DNA of 62,368 bases, the filler included, from Choristocarpus tenellus KU-1152 (lineage: Eukaryota > Protista > Phaeophyceae): the NCBI GenBank assembly GCA_964200185.2. It is 9 parts of 9 records of this genome, joined end to end, with 100 filler letters (N's around TTAATTAATTAA, not from the genome) between each part and the next. Parts side by side here need not be neighbours in the genome. Positions count along the whole stretch, not along the records: positions 1 to 15,276 come from CAXNAD020001025.1; positions 15,377 to 18,647 come from CAXNAD020021137.1; positions 18,748 to 26,486 come from CAXNAD020005655.1; 6 more parts are not named here. One strand, 5' to 3'. Position numbers and translations under genes: made by a program. Shown here piece by piece: positions 13,328 to 26,586 of the stretch. The notes below the pieces were generated by a model that saw nothing but the letters and a program-made list of their open reading frames with translations, did no database searches and was not told the DNA's origin. Each line of letters begins with the position of its first letter. Positions within the stretch are counted from its first letter, which is position 1.

Positions 13328-14905
13328 CTACCTCCGTGCCATAAGTTTGCGCCACATTGTCCATAACTTTTGAAGATGACGAAATTCATTTCTGAAAGAA
13401 GATTAATCCTTGAAGAATTTCTGGTTAGGGCCAGCTCTTTTTGTTATTATTACTCCCCATCCATCACAACTTTTATCAGTTACCTAAAAAGAAAAAAAAA
13501 AGCCTCCATGTCTACCTTCGGTGTGTTTTAAAACCCACCTAAAAACCCACCAGACATCAATCAACTGCCTCTTCCTTACCCCCGGGTGGTCCACAATGAA
13601 CTAGTCAATCCCCCCTTTGTACCTAAGTACTTGATTGTACACCACAAAAAGGAGCTACCAAGCCCTCTCAAGTGTGGTTTCATCATACTCCTCATACTGT
13701 TTCTTAATGACCTTCACCATCGCCTCGACGGACCCAAACCGCTCCCCCATCACCCGACATTTCAAAGATCTGAAGAAGCACAGGTCCATGATGTTAAGTC
13801 GGGGGAGTTAGATGGCTGCATCACAAGCCTAATCGGCCGCCCCTCAGTCTTCCCTGTCCCTTACAAGATTTCTGAGTTGCCCTTGCCCATGTGGGGGGTG
13901 GAACCGCCTTGCTGAACAAAAACGTGCTTCCCCTGCAATCAAGACATCTTGTTCTTGATTGCAGGCATTAACTCCTCCTTGTACCACTTCCTGCACCACA
14001 AATGGTCTAAAGTACAGTCCTGCTCATACACATCACCCTTTTTATGGCTCTTGCTTGTCCTGTCTTCCATTTTTGGCACACACACACACACGCCAAACAT
14101 CAAGCTTTCTATCAAAGCTGTGAGTCGAATCTGGGCGGGCATTGGCTGAAAATGATCGTGGTTTTGGGGATATGACTCTTGTGCTGGACAGTAGGGGACC
14201 CTGGAAGGTCGCTATCATCCTCATGTGGAAATGCCCTAACCCTTTCCCCATCAGCCATCACGTAAAACCAGGTTTCATTCACATGGATCGTGCTCACCAT
14301 GTTTCTCGACCACTTGATATCATACTGTGTTCAAACAAAGTCCATTCTCCGTACCTTTTGCCACAATTTAAGCTTGGCTTTGATCCAGCGGCGATTCGGC
14401 ATGGTCCCCATGTCATCCAACCACCTGTTTATGGTGATCGTGCTATAATCCAGCCCCTTGGCGACCATCTTCATTGTCACCTCACAACCACAACCACTGT
14501 GGACATTGTCACCGATTATCGGAGTTGATACTATGTATTGCACCCATCTTGGTTGTTGTGAGCTCCGAAGGCCGCCCACTACATGCTGCACTGCAAGCGC
14601 AACCCTGGTATTCAGGGACACTTGGGCACCCTTTGTATAGGGGGGGGGTCAACGGCAGGGTTACCGTGTCGACGTTCTGACCCTCGACATGCCCAGTTCT
14701 GGCCTCAAAATCACCCCAAAAGACCCCTACTTTGACGACTTGAAGCACCTCGAGTTTGTACCTGATGGTCCCCGACCCCCACCTTTTCTGAAAGTTGAGT
14801 TTGTCAACCCTATTTCATTCTGTGTGGTTATCATCCAATTCGGCGCAGTTCTTGCTTGGCAAGTCCACATGTTTCGCGGCACAAACTTATGACACACAGG
14901 GGTAG
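13328..14905 (-). mobile_element. Defective Tc1/mariner element of the DD39D (plant-mariner/Stowaway-related) family
   Basis: TIRs CTACCTCCGTGCCATAAGTTTGCGCCAC (preceded by TA) and GCGGCACAAACTTATGACACACAGGGGTAG. Frameshifted transposase with IHVNETWFY, VQHKSHIPK, ARP, VFVQQGGSTPH and QPSNSPDLNIMDLCFFRSL. The first two catalytic Asp appear mutated. Confidence 0.9.
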
Positions 14906-15276
14906 TTTTTGCACCCCCATCTCCCACCCCAACACCCACCAAACGAGTTGTCTCCCTAACCCTACCGCAGATCAACAAACTTAGTCATACTGGTGAACAT
15001 CTTTTGTGGTCCTCCACAATATTTCATCAAGATTGTTAAAGACAACAGTACAAGACGTGAAATCAAAGAGTTCCAGGTAAGACAAAGTTCACCTGGAGAA
15101 GAGCATGGTGAAGGCCCATTGGAAGGCGTCAAAATTGTAGATTTCAGCGTCAAACAGCTTGACTCAAGTGAGTGTTAACAAGAAAAACAAATCCAGCAGG
15201 GTTCCCAAACAGGGCCGATAGGCAGCAGGGGGGAGGGGGGGGGGGGGGGGGTAGGGGGGGGGGAGGAACGAGAACA

Positions 15277-15376
15277 NNNNNNNNNNNNNNNNNNNNNNNN
15301 NNNNNNNNNNNNNNNNNNNNTTAATTAATTAANNNNNNNNNNNNNNNNNNNNNNNNNNNNNNNNNNNNNNNNNNNN
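15277..15376. other. Artificial contig spacer (44N-TTAATTAATTAA-44N)
   Basis: Six-frame stop linker, identical at 8 sites. Confidence 0.98.
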
Positions 15377-15494
15377 GAGAAAGGTTGGTGGTGTAGTTGG
15401 TGGCGTTGTTGGATTTGTGTGGAGAGGAGGGGGGGGAGGGCGAGGGGGGGGGGGGGGGGGAAGAGAGGGTAATGAAGATGAAGACGACGAGTGA
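15377..15494 (+). CDS. Possible terminal exon of an unknown gene
   Basis: Open frame from the contig edge: RKVGGVVGGVVGFVWRGGG...REGNEDEDDE*. Low complexity, no other support. Confidence 0.3.
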
Positions 15495-16619
15495 TGTATT
15501 GTCTTCTGTAGGGCTAGTTTAACATAGAGTGGTCCATTTATCAAAAAGAGTATTAGAGCCTTGTTCGTTTGCTTTTTGCGGGGGTGTTAACTCTAGCAAT
15601 GAGGCGACTCAGGTCCTGTTGACCTGGTGTCTAGAATAATATGCTCAGTAATGCCCTTCACTTTGAGAGTCTTGAGGAGACTTCTCGAAGAAAGGAGGTG
15701 GAGAGGGGGAGGGTTTGCACAAAGCGCAAGTGGATTTGTTTTGAAAGATGTGGATCGATCTCTCAGCTGCAATGGGTAGTGTTGTGAATCATATGGATTC
15801 AATATCTACAATTAATAATTAGATTATATCAAAGACGATCGACACTGAAGATCAAAAGTTAACACTCAGTAATTTTCTTGCGTGTGGGTGTATGTGTGTG
15901 CGCCAAGAGAAGTCGGACTGGTTTATTTTATAGGCACCAAACCTTCCAAATTCACGTCACTACTCTAGCAATGACCCGTTTATGTTTCCTCTTTGTTGTG
16001 AGTGTTTTTCATGTGCTGTAGGTGATAATCGCACCCCACAGCTTTCTTTTTTTTTCCTTGTCCTCACAATTTTGAAATATGATCCCAATTGCTTTTGTGT
16101 GTGTTTATGTATGATCATGCTTTTTTTTCTGATTGAGTTAATGGTAGTAATCCATTTATAATAACACCATTCAACTTCTTTTTTTTGTCAAGTAGTATGA
16201 AAAGCGTAGTTTCTCCTTACATACAATATTGTCATTTCTACCACCCAAGAACTTGTTCATGGGACCAAGATTTTGGAGGGACAGCCGCTTCTGGGTGCAT
16301 ATTGTTCTCCAGTCAGAGAATACGCGCACGCGTGTGTGGTATTTAGTCATTGATTCTCCCCTCCTCCCACGAGGGATCATCTGGAGTGGCTGGTTGCAGA
16401 AGAAACAATCCTTGCTTCAACCTTGGGGGTGGGGATTGACCTTCCCCTTAAGCGACAGGAGCAAACATGAGGCGTGAAACTCAGGCGGTCTCACTTGTCT
16501 ACGTTATAGGGGAATACTCAAGAATTTCAGGGTGCACTATTCTTCCACTTGTCATCATAGAAGATGCGATACCCCTATTTTCCTTGTCCCTTTGTCAATA
16601 GGACTTGTGGGCATTGAGG

Positions 16620-16870
16620 ACCGTTTTTATCTTCTCAGCAAAGAATTGACCATGTAGCATGTCCGATCTTGTAGCGTAGTACCTACCTCTTGTAGGTCCT
16701 TGTTTGTATATCTTCCACTACTCCAACCATGTTGAGATAATGATACAATCTCCATAGAAGTAATCAAGTCAGGGGAGTTTCAGATATAACCATCGCACCC
16801 TGCCATGTCCTTAGAAGAGCAGGAGAGGCATGAATGTCTGTCACTAATATAATTCCATGCAAAGAGAGAG
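16620..16870 (-). mobile_element. Possible highly decayed Tc1/mariner-type transposase remnant
   Basis: NSPDL followed after a frameshift by DYFYG, resembling SPDLNPxDYxxW. No TIRs found. Confidence 0.3.
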
Positions 16871-18578
16871 GTTTGAAGTTCCCATCACTTGAGAAATACC
16901 TCAGTCAAACAGTCAAATACCATGTGGGGTTGTAGCACTCCATACAACCACTACTCTATGTGCTTACATGGACACCATATTTGTATGGGCGATTAGTGCT
17001 AGTTCAGTTCCGCAGGTATGACCCATAGTAGTACTATTCTATCAATTAATAAATGCACAAATCAAGTAGAAGAGTGGTGGTAATATAGAACCTCTTCTCT
17101 ATTTAAAAGCCACAGATAGCGACTTGCAGTAGCACAGTACAATACTCTAATGCGTCACATGACTTGTGGTGATTGAGTACTTGTCATTTTTTTTGTAAAT
17201 TACTACAGACAAGCTCATGCAGCAAACAGTTCGTGCAATGATCAAGATGCTTCGTGTATTGCATATGGAGTAAGTAGTGGAGAATTATAATGATTCTACT
17301 GGAGGAGAGGTATTTGCTCTACACGGTCTCATGCATTAGGCGGACTATTAAAACAGTACTTTACTGAGTTGACTGGATTGCCTTTCACATGTACGACTCA
17401 GGTACTCACAAAACACTCTCAAAATATATTTGTAAAATGCCGATCATTGTAATAGTGGAGATAGGGACAACAAAATACCTTTCCCAAGACTACTGTTGTA
17501 CTGGTACTAATAGTTATTGCGGGCAGCAAGACCTCCGTGGTCAGTCTTTGTTCTACGACATAGTTTTATGTAACAGATTAGGCATTACAGCCTACAATGG
17601 TTAATACACACCTCCTCATTACCTCTAGAAAGGACTTACGCACCACTAGTGAAACACCTGACAATGTGCTCAGTAAGCAACAAAAAAAAGCTTGCAAACA
17701 CGTTCAACCCATGGAGAGCTAAGGAAGGCTCTAGGGTGGTAGGACAGTCATTTACTACTTTTTTACGTGAACACACAAAGAAGTACATACAGCACTGAAG
17801 CATCACGTATTGCATGTCTTGTTATACTTCGAAGCAGAAGAAATGGTTAGATCTGGGTCCTCTGACTTTCCACTTATTCATGCATCGTATTCTTTGAAAT
17901 ATGTACTCAGGAGTAGATATTGCATCGATTAGACATGGATGCAACTTAGTTCCTCCAGTACGTGTAAAGGGATAATCAGGATACAAACTCCAGAATACTA
18001 GGATCATGCTAGGAACGACTAGGCCCAAGTCAAACCTGTAGTTCTAAGAATGCGTTTGTGTGATGGACGCATGCAGGCAATGTGGAATTGATAGGTGTGG
18101 AACGCTTAGGCAGCTCCTCCTGTATAGTTGTGACCTCTTACCTGGGGGGAATCGTGGGGTAACATATGGTAAAAATGAAAAAAGGTAAGCTTAGACTGCA
18201 ATATAGAGTTTTACAACTAATGCCCCAGCTGAAGGTGATGACTGGAGGTGTCACATTCTGCAACTGGATGTCATACACAATTATTATACTCCAGAGTATT
18301 TTTGAAGCTACTTCAAGAGAAGATTTGTTCATTACTATTATATACCTGTAGTGGTGTAATGGAATATAGAGCGCAACATTATGTAGAAGGGAACTCATTC
18401 AGGTTGTCCGTCATTGCACTACATTATCCTCACCTTTCCATTGTTCTATCTTCCGCTCTATTATCAGAACCTCGCTACGACATAATACTACTGTCAGGGT
18501 CTAATCTGTTACTTTTCAGGGTAACAGCGAGATCCGAAACAGAAAGGAAGGACTTCCTTGCGCACTATGACAGTCCAG

Positions 18579-18647
18579 GGCTCAAAGTATCTGGGGGGGG
18601 GTGGCCGCTGTCCATTTGGGGCCGATTTTTTCATGTCGCGATTTTTG
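18579..18647 (+). mobile_element. MITE family B, left end truncated by contig break
   Basis: GGCTCAAAGTATCTGGGGGGGG...TGTCCATTTGGG; the same end occurs at 42992, 45034, 48433, 52215 and 59346. Confidence 0.75.
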
Positions 18648-18747
18648 NNNNNNNNNNNNNNNNNNNNNNNNNNNNNNNNNNNNNNNNNNNNTTAATTAAT
18701 TAANNNNNNNNNNNNNNNNNNNNNNNNNNNNNNNNNNNNNNNNNNNN
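18648..18747. other. Artificial contig spacer
   Basis: 44N-TTAATTAATTAA-44N. Confidence 0.98.
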
Positions 18748-20263
18748 ATATGTAGTGCAAGGGGTTCCTAACAGGCAGACCATCCATCGTTCACAACCGT
18801 TGCTCCTCACAAAACCAACAAAAAACCTACTTGGCAGTAGGTCGTTTCGTCGCTAAATAAAGCCGGTGCAGCAGCGAGTGTTTTGTTAAGCTGTCCTTCT
18901 TGGCAATCTGTTGTCCCACACAACTAGTTATATTATTGTTTATTAGCTTGTACCACAGCTGAGAAGAGAGTGAGATACCTGTACTAGGTGGGGCTCACAA
19001 GTCCTAACATTGAATGACTCAGAATACCAAATGACTCAACGCTTCTCTATTACCCATCAGAAACACTCCGACTCTTATGTAACAGTCCGTCGGTTTCTTC
19101 CGATCAAATACCCCGCCTAAATATCCCGAATGTTCCGCATTATCTTCTGTGCGTACATAAAATAATACTTCAAATCATATTCTCATAAATAGTCAAGCAT
19201 AATCTTGACGTGTTTGTAGAAAAAACAGTAGTGGGAGTTGTAGCGAAACATTATTCTTTGAACGCACGAGACTCAAGGTGAGCAGACGCACGAGACTCAA
19301 GGTGTCGAGGTAAGGATAACGTACTATTTACTACTGCTAGGTAGTACGCACACATGCATACATACATACGTACATACATACATACACACATATATACACA
19401 CACAGATCTGGTTGGGGTCAGTGCAAAGACGGGGCCGATGGATCACACAGGAGGCTTGTGTGCCACTTCTGCGAGCACATGCGCTATAACGAGAGCTGAT
19501 CTGAAAAATATATATACACACACACACACACATGTATGTATTCTATGCGTGTATTCCTCTTGTGGTCCCTTCCCTCACCCAACAATGCACATTCCTTGCT
19601 TCGAGCACACGCCTTCGAATAATCACAAAACGCGTTCAAATCAACGAACCGAATTTGAACCATCACCGAAGAGTCCGTTTCACGTTTCAAAGTAACGCCC
19701 CGTTGGTGTTGGGAAATCCCGGTCAGGCTATGGCGCACGACTGCAGCTTCCTTCTCGGACACCATGCACCACCACATAGGGGCAAACGAATCTTCGCAGG
19801 TTGTCTAGTTGTACAATGGAAATAAAAAATGAAGTACAACTCCGTAGTGCTCGGGAGCACGAAACCGTACTCGACAGATACTAGTTCCCCCTGTACCGTC
19901 TCTCACTACAGGGCTTCCATCCAACCCTCCCAAGGAACAAAGAAAGACTCCCACCTGCTACAAAAAGAAGAAGAAAAAAGACTCTTGATTTCGTGTGGTG
20001 CATACCATGCATGCACACACTGAAGACTTACTTCAGTTCATCACTGGAGTTAGTCATCCACAGCCTATGACCACACTCATGCTACCTTTCAGAGGCAAGG
20101 GATCTCCTCTCTCCACAACTTCCACTACCACTACCATTATTAATATTATTATTATTATTATTATTAATACTACTATTGTTGTCATCTGGCTAAAGTTGGA
20201 GTAGCCCAATCCACGGTCAGAGGTATTAATGTAGTACATGCTGCACTATGTGCCAAATCTATA

Positions 20264-23200
20264 CTAAGAGACTGCACTATGACTACTTCCACCAACCCCA
20301 TTCATGCCTTCCGCTGCTCGAATATCGGACTCAGCCATTCCATCGGTCACTGTCGTCACCTCCTCGATCAGGTCATGCGTTGCAACATTGAATGTTATGT
20401 TTCTATATGACAACTGCCATCACGGATGCGCTATGTTTACAAACGGGAGCAGCCAGTGCCTTGCTCTGTTTGTACAAAACCTTGGCTACTGTAGTATGTC
20501 CTCAAAATGTTTCAAAAAATAAAAATGGGTGTAGTCGAATACTACCGTTTTGCAGATGTTTTTGTTTTTTGTCAATATGGTGCTCACTTGGCGCTGTCCA
20601 ATAAACAACATGCAACTCAATTATTAATATCTAATGGGTAAGTGTATAAGCCATCCCATAACAGTGCCATTATTCCTGTAGCTAGATTGAAGTGTGAAGT
20701 TAGCCCTAATTAATCCTAGCGCCAACAAGAGGAACACAGTCTGTAGCCATGTCTTGTACATTGTCTATACATCTCTTCACGGCAACATATATATATATAT
20801 ATAGCCCTAACCCTAACCCTAAATCCGTAGCACTGACAGTTAAAAGGTATAGTGTACCCTTAAACCATTGCTGCACCCACACACTGCCGATACAGAAACA
20901 AGAGCAGTAGAGTACAAAAATGGCAACATACTTTTGGTGACGTGTACCTTCTTCCTAACACTTGACCAGACAAACACACGAACAAACCCAGTCGGTCAGT
21001 CCCTATTTTGTGTTATCACTGAAAAGGTACATTATACCCTGCTCATGTCTGCAACATTGTAGCACATAGCCTAAATATTCATGCATGCATATTGTAGTAC
21101 TCAATAACCTCGAAGCACAAAACTATCGTACTCTACAGCCCCTGTTGAGTGCATGATATTTACAAGGTATACCGCCTTGTCACCACAACACACCCACCGG
21201 AACTATGAACTCTGTACCCCTGTCAATCCACCATTTCAGGTACAACCTGCTTCTGTCAAGGAAGCAAATCTGGACACACAATTGCTCCCTCTTGGATTCG
21301 TGGTTTTCAGGCTACAACCCTACTTTAACCACTACAAGATCTTGACAAACTAACCTATACTACAAACACTACTCCCTACTTGGATCTACAAATTGAAGGT
21401 ACACCCTGTTACTACCACGACAACAAAGAAGTAAAGAAAGAAATGGTGGAGTGGGTGGTACAGTGGTACAGTACGAATATTAGTGAAAAACACTTATGGT
21501 ATGATAGATTATTAAGATTATACTGTCAGTGGTATAGCTCTACATCTGCACACTTTGAGGTAAAATTCACGCCATCTTACCAACTTGCCGACCCATTAGT
21601 AAGTACTTGTTGGCAATCTCAAATTTCTTGTCAAATCAGAGTGCTGCAGATAATTGGACTCTGTTTTTTTGAAGAGTGGGTTCAAATATGTACATGCATG
21701 TATATTCCAGAGTGTTGATTTGGTGGAGCAATAATATCCACTCCCCTCTATAACAATGGATCACATAATATTGCCCAATGAGTTCTGAAGTGCAATGAAC
21801 ACATTGGTAGTAACTAGCATGTATTAATAGTGCATCTTACTATTCCACAGTATACATATGTCTCCTAAAAAAAAAATAGTAGTAGTACCATAAATGTAAA
21901 TTAGTACAATAATGGTAGAACACACACACACACTTCGTACATGCAGCAGTATATACAAAGTTAAAAACAGAGAAATAGGAAAAAAGTAAGCACCATAGCG
22001 GAAGAGTGACACACTTGCACTGCAGAACTCATCATTTAAAGGCCTCAATACATTTGACACATGCAACGTGTACCAAAGGAATGTATATCATAACATCACC
22101 CTCACAGGACAGGTATCCTTCCTCCCACGCCTCCCACGTTCCTGTCTACCTGGAAGACCCTCATTAGCACCAAACAAATACATCGACTCAATTCTATGTG
22201 TCTAGCCAAATGAGTGGAGAGATCGGAAAAAAAACAAAAAATGAGCTAACATCTAGTAAGTACACACTAGAAAGAAAAAAAAAATCATTCCAAAACATAT
22301 CCAGCTTTCCGTACCACTACCTACATCTCCAAACACGTAGCCGTGTGCTACCATCCATTCTGCATAAGCGAATGCTAGCCCTAACCCTAACTCACCTGAG
22401 CGTGAAGGAAATGATATATGTGCATTGGATACCCGTCCCCCTCCCCAGCAGGGGTGGGCGGCGGTTGCTGGGGAACCTCGAAAGTCCTGATGAGGTTGTA
22501 CCCGGCCCGGCTGCCACTGAATGATTCCGGATCAGGTTCATCCGCCATCCCCGACTGCATAGGAGTCACCTGCTACCCACAACGGAGTGGGAGAGGTGTG
22601 TCCATCACTGCAATCGCAAGTCCACATTTTGAGTAACGCCAGCGGTTGTGCTGACTTGGGATGCCTTACCAGGTTTCCATGTAATACCGGGGGGGGTTAC
22701 AATGTGCATAGCATGCCATGAATTGTTGCAGTGGAGTCACATCACTAGAATGGTTACTTAACTGCAGTTGCAGGGCTTCATGAAGCGTTTGTGGATTCCA
22801 AATCAGGAACATTGCCTACTTCAAGAACGAGATAGAAGTGGGGAAGGAGCAGGACAGCAGAACAATACTAGAAAACAAGCCAGTTCGATATATGCGGTCA
22901 AGTCATCTAGTTCAGTGGAATCTACCATCTATAATTACGAGCCCAAGATGGACTGAGACCTGCTGTGTATAACCTACTATCAGCAGGGATTGAGGATGGA
23001 TGAGATCCAGTCTATAGAGGAGGGTTGCACAAGAGACTGACCTCAGAGGAACCACCATTGGAACACATGGCAACCCGCGCTACATCAATAGAAGAAAATA
23101 AGAAGCGATGTAATGCTGACGACTGGAGTGCAATTGATCGGCAAGGAGACTGCCGGGCTACCCTGGTGGGTCTACTCCATACACCAACATCCACATCCAC

Positions 23201-23695
23201 TTTGAAAGCACTCCCAAGAAGCACAATATGGGACGCTAAGAATATGACCAAGCCTTTGTACTCAGCCCTGGGCCTCAAAGGTACATCGCTACGTGTCGTC
23301 TGCATCGAAATTGCTAATCCTAAGACTGAAGGGTGTCCAGAGCATCAACAACGGTAGTTTAATATGTCTACAACAACAACAAGAGTACTTCACAACACAC
23401 ACCATATTCGCTCGCAGAGTTTGAAGAGCGCGATATTATCGAAACGCCTCCTCCTGTTCGACATCCCTTCTCCTCTCTGACTTGCCATCCCTAAATCGTG
23501 TCGCCTCGTACCAAAGTCGGGACTCGGAGACGACTCTTGTAGTTCCTCAAGGACTAACATTTTGGGTGGATCTGGTGACAAGGGTCCTGTCTTCGGTGGC
23601 TGCAAGGCTGGGGGCGGTGGGGGGTGGGTCATTTGCCATTGGAATATTCTCTTCGCGGAAACAGTCGGTCCAGAAGAGACTACTTGATTGGTCAT
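20264..23695 (-). CDS. Uncharacterised ~220-aa protein; exons 23695-23403, 22744-22670, 22554-22396, 20402-20264
   Basis: Three GT-AG introns, all phase 2, join into one ORF: MTNQVV...RRRRFDNIALFKLCERIC/DVTPLQQFMACYAHCNPPRYYMETC/RGWRMNLIRNH...CTYIISFTLR/NITFNVATHDLIEEVTTVTDGMAESDIRAAEG...AVS*. No family recognised. Confidence 0.6.
20805..20822. repeat. Interstitial telomeric repeat (CCCTAA)3
   Basis: Three perfect units next to an (AT)n run. Confidence 0.9.
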
Positions 23696-23916
23696 ACGAC
23701 AACCCGGGGGATCCTGATCTGGGTTGCAGTTTATCCCATCTAGTTACATCTGAGGGTTGGTCTGTTTAAGATTGAACCTTGTAGAGTTGCAGCGCGGAGA
23801 AGGGTAGGGCGTGTGGTAGAGTGAGTAGGTTGCAATTTGTCGAAGAACAAGGTGAGTGGGACTTGGGTGTAGGTGCGTCAAACAAGCAAGAGAACCGGAG
23901 GGGGAGAGGGGGTGGA

Positions 23917-26486
23917 ATGGCTTCACTAGCGAATAAGGATGAGGCGGAGAAATGTAAGGAGCTTGCCAAAAACTTCCTCCGAAAGGGAGAGTACGACAGA
24001 GCCATCAAGTTCTTCAACAAATCGTTCCAGCTGTACCCACTGCCGGGGGTGGAGGCCATGCGCGAACGTGCACAGGTGAGAGGATTCATTTGGTCATCTC
24101 AGGGTCCAATCATTGTCCTACTTTGTTGACCCGAAAATGATTGCCGGGCGTACCGTTTCTCCTCATATGCCCCCAGCGAAATCCGTTTCATCCTGTTTTG
24201 GAATGTTCTTAAACCTCTCACTCATTTGAAACCACACTGCACTGCACCGCAATGAAGTGAGAAGTGAAAAACCTGAAGCATCTAAGAAATAATTGCGATT
24301 CTGCTAGGGATTGAAAATGACGGGTGCTGATCTCACCCTTCGAGATTTGACCTAGGCTCCTAGGGTTACCAAATACAGCAATGTTGGCGTTGTGTTGCTG
24401 CATGGCAGTCCTGCTGCGATCCTTTGTTGTTGGTGCCAGTGGAGAAACTGAGAATAACACTGTCAAGCATGTGTCTTTGTGTGTAGCACATATTTTATAT
24501 TAGAACGGTGTTGCACTCCACAGTGACGTTTTCATCCCAGTTCCTACGACTGCTATTAGCAGAGTATTGCTTCAGTCTATTTCTTCATCAGATAAGTCAA
24601 GGGTAGACACAAGAAGATATTTTGGAAGTGTGTGGATACCATTATGGGTCTGTAGTCTGTTCCTATCGATTGTTATAACCCTAGTTAATATATTTGTTCT
24701 AATATGCAACAGCCAATCACATTAGTGTTTATAATTAAAGTCTCAGCTGCAGCAGTTGTGTGACCCCCTCCCCCACTGCACACCATTTAACCACACACAG
24801 TTGTTGATGAAACCAAAATGAACTCCCTTAAAGTTTTCCCAGTGTTGGACGAGTAATATGGACAAAATAAAGCTTTGGTGAAATACCTTGCAGGTAACTT
24901 TTTTAATATGGAGGCATGTTGCTTTCCTTAACTGAATAAATGAGGGAATCAGAAGGTGGGGGGGGGGTGCAGGGGTATACAGAGTTGTGTAGGTGTGGCA
25001 AGCAAAGAAAAGGAAGCACCTGTATCAGCTTTGTTGCATATGCAATTAAGAGTGGTGATGGAAGGTCCTGGCAAGCTCACAAATATCTTGCTTACAATGC
25101 AAATAATAGAGTGTGTACAGAAATACTAATTCAAGTATTGAGTTTGTGTTATCCCACCCTCCTCCCCTCACGCACCAGCAATGTATTTTTTGAAAGTACA
25201 TTCAAGATAGAGGTATAGCACAGAAGTTTATACAGTAAAATTTGGATCCCTGCTGTAGTCCATCCCTTTCCTTCTCTTTTTTTGTGTTTAGAAGTATCAG
25301 AATTCTTGCTTTATTTTGTTGTTTCAGTGTGAAGTTGCTACTCTGAGATATTTGAATGCAAGTGCTGACACCAACAGGTGCAACATACTATTGAAATGGG
25401 TTCTTTGCAGTTGTAAAAAATAGTGATTTGACTGAGACTTGAACTCAGGCACTCTAGGTGCCAATTACCTACTGAGAAGGACACAGGAGTAGGAGGTTCT
25501 CTCAAAAGGACAGGTAAAATATCTTCATTTTCCGCTACAAGGTGTTCTCTTCATATCTCATGTGCTGTAGTGGATACTAGCTAGGAAGCCAGGAGGAACT
25601 GTTCAACTCTGCCAAAACAATTGCCTCATCTTTGCTTTTGCATCAAGAATGCACCCAATCATTGATGCCTATCATATAGAGTGGTTACATTCGAAATTGT
25701 TGCTTGCATTGTACTCACTGACATTTTGCGCATATTGTTGTTGGAGAAGGGGGGGAGGGTTCATACCTCAAACAATTATTCAGCACCTTCCATTCAACTT
25801 GATGAATAGATCTCGGTTGCTTTCTTTTCGTCTCTTTTTTTTGCTAGGTACAGCATATTACTTTTGTCCATGGTTTCTGCAGTGACGCAGCCAAAGCAAC
25901 TGTTAGTATGGCTAGCATGGGAAACATGTCCATTTTTTGGACAGAGGATGGGCTTTCACCATTAATCGACATCAAAGTAAATTGTGGTTTTGCTTGTGAA
26001 ACTCTTGATCTTCTCAACCATTTCATAACAGGGTAGGGAAGGTTTCTCAACCCAGTGAAGAACGGACCACTTACTTACAAACCAAACACTCACACCCTCA
26101 GTTGGTTATTTTTTTTGGTCGGTATATCTAGAAAAGGGTTGATGCTAGTTTGTGCGGCCCGACAGAGACATAAAGTTTGCCCCCCCCTTTTTGAAACGCG
26201 TTTGTTCAAGAGCACATCCGAAGCATGCAGCGAGGCAACTCAACTTAAACCTCTTGTGCTTTTTTTCTTCTTCTGTGTCACCTGCTCGTGTGCGTGCGTG
26301 CTTGTGTGTGTGTGTGTGTGTGTGGTACTTGAAAGGCTGAGCTAGACAAGGAACAGACCAGGCAAAAAGCCAAGGCTGAGGCATCAAGAAGCGGAGGTTC
26401 AGATCAAGGGACAGGGGGGGGTGGCACAAGGAGCAGCAGTAATGGAACCAGGCAGCGAAGAGGGCGTGACGATGCAGGGCAGGCGG
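23917..26486 (+). CDS. DnaJ homolog subfamily B12/B14-like ER co-chaperone, 5' portion; exons 23917-24075, 26336->26486
   Basis: N-terminus MASLANKDEAEKCKELAKNFLRKGEYDRAIKFFNKSFQLYP is characteristic of DNAJB12/14. A phase-0 GT-AG intron is followed by a linker with GTRQRR. The J domain would lie beyond the contig break. Confidence 0.8.
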
Positions 26487-26586
26487 NNNNNNNNNNNNNN
26501 NNNNNNNNNNNNNNNNNNNNNNNNNNNNNNTTAATTAATTAANNNNNNNNNNNNNNNNNNNNNNNNNNNNNNNNNNNNNNNNNNNN
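26487..26586. other. Artificial contig spacer
   Basis: 44N-TTAATTAATTAA-44N. Confidence 0.98.

Noticed and set aside
18105-18140. CTTACCTG resembling the U1 snRNA 5' end, or a tiny terminal exon VRGHNYTGGAA* on the minus strand
   Set aside because: No U1 structure or Sm site; as an exon it has no linked upstream exon in the contig.
10048-19304. Short direct repeats (10048-10183, 11141-11190, 19262-19304) as CRISPR-like arrays
   Set aside because: Two to four adjacent copies without unique regular spacers, no cas genes, eukaryotic context.
19719-19804. Possible extra terminal exon (DNLRRFVCPY...) for the orphan gene via a GC donor at 20307
   Set aside because: The preceding exon already reaches TAG at 20264, and the GC donor is unsupported.
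22760-23357. Plus-strand ORF fragments with faint LINE-like character in the orphan gene's intron
   Set aside because: No diagnostic motif; cannot be classified.
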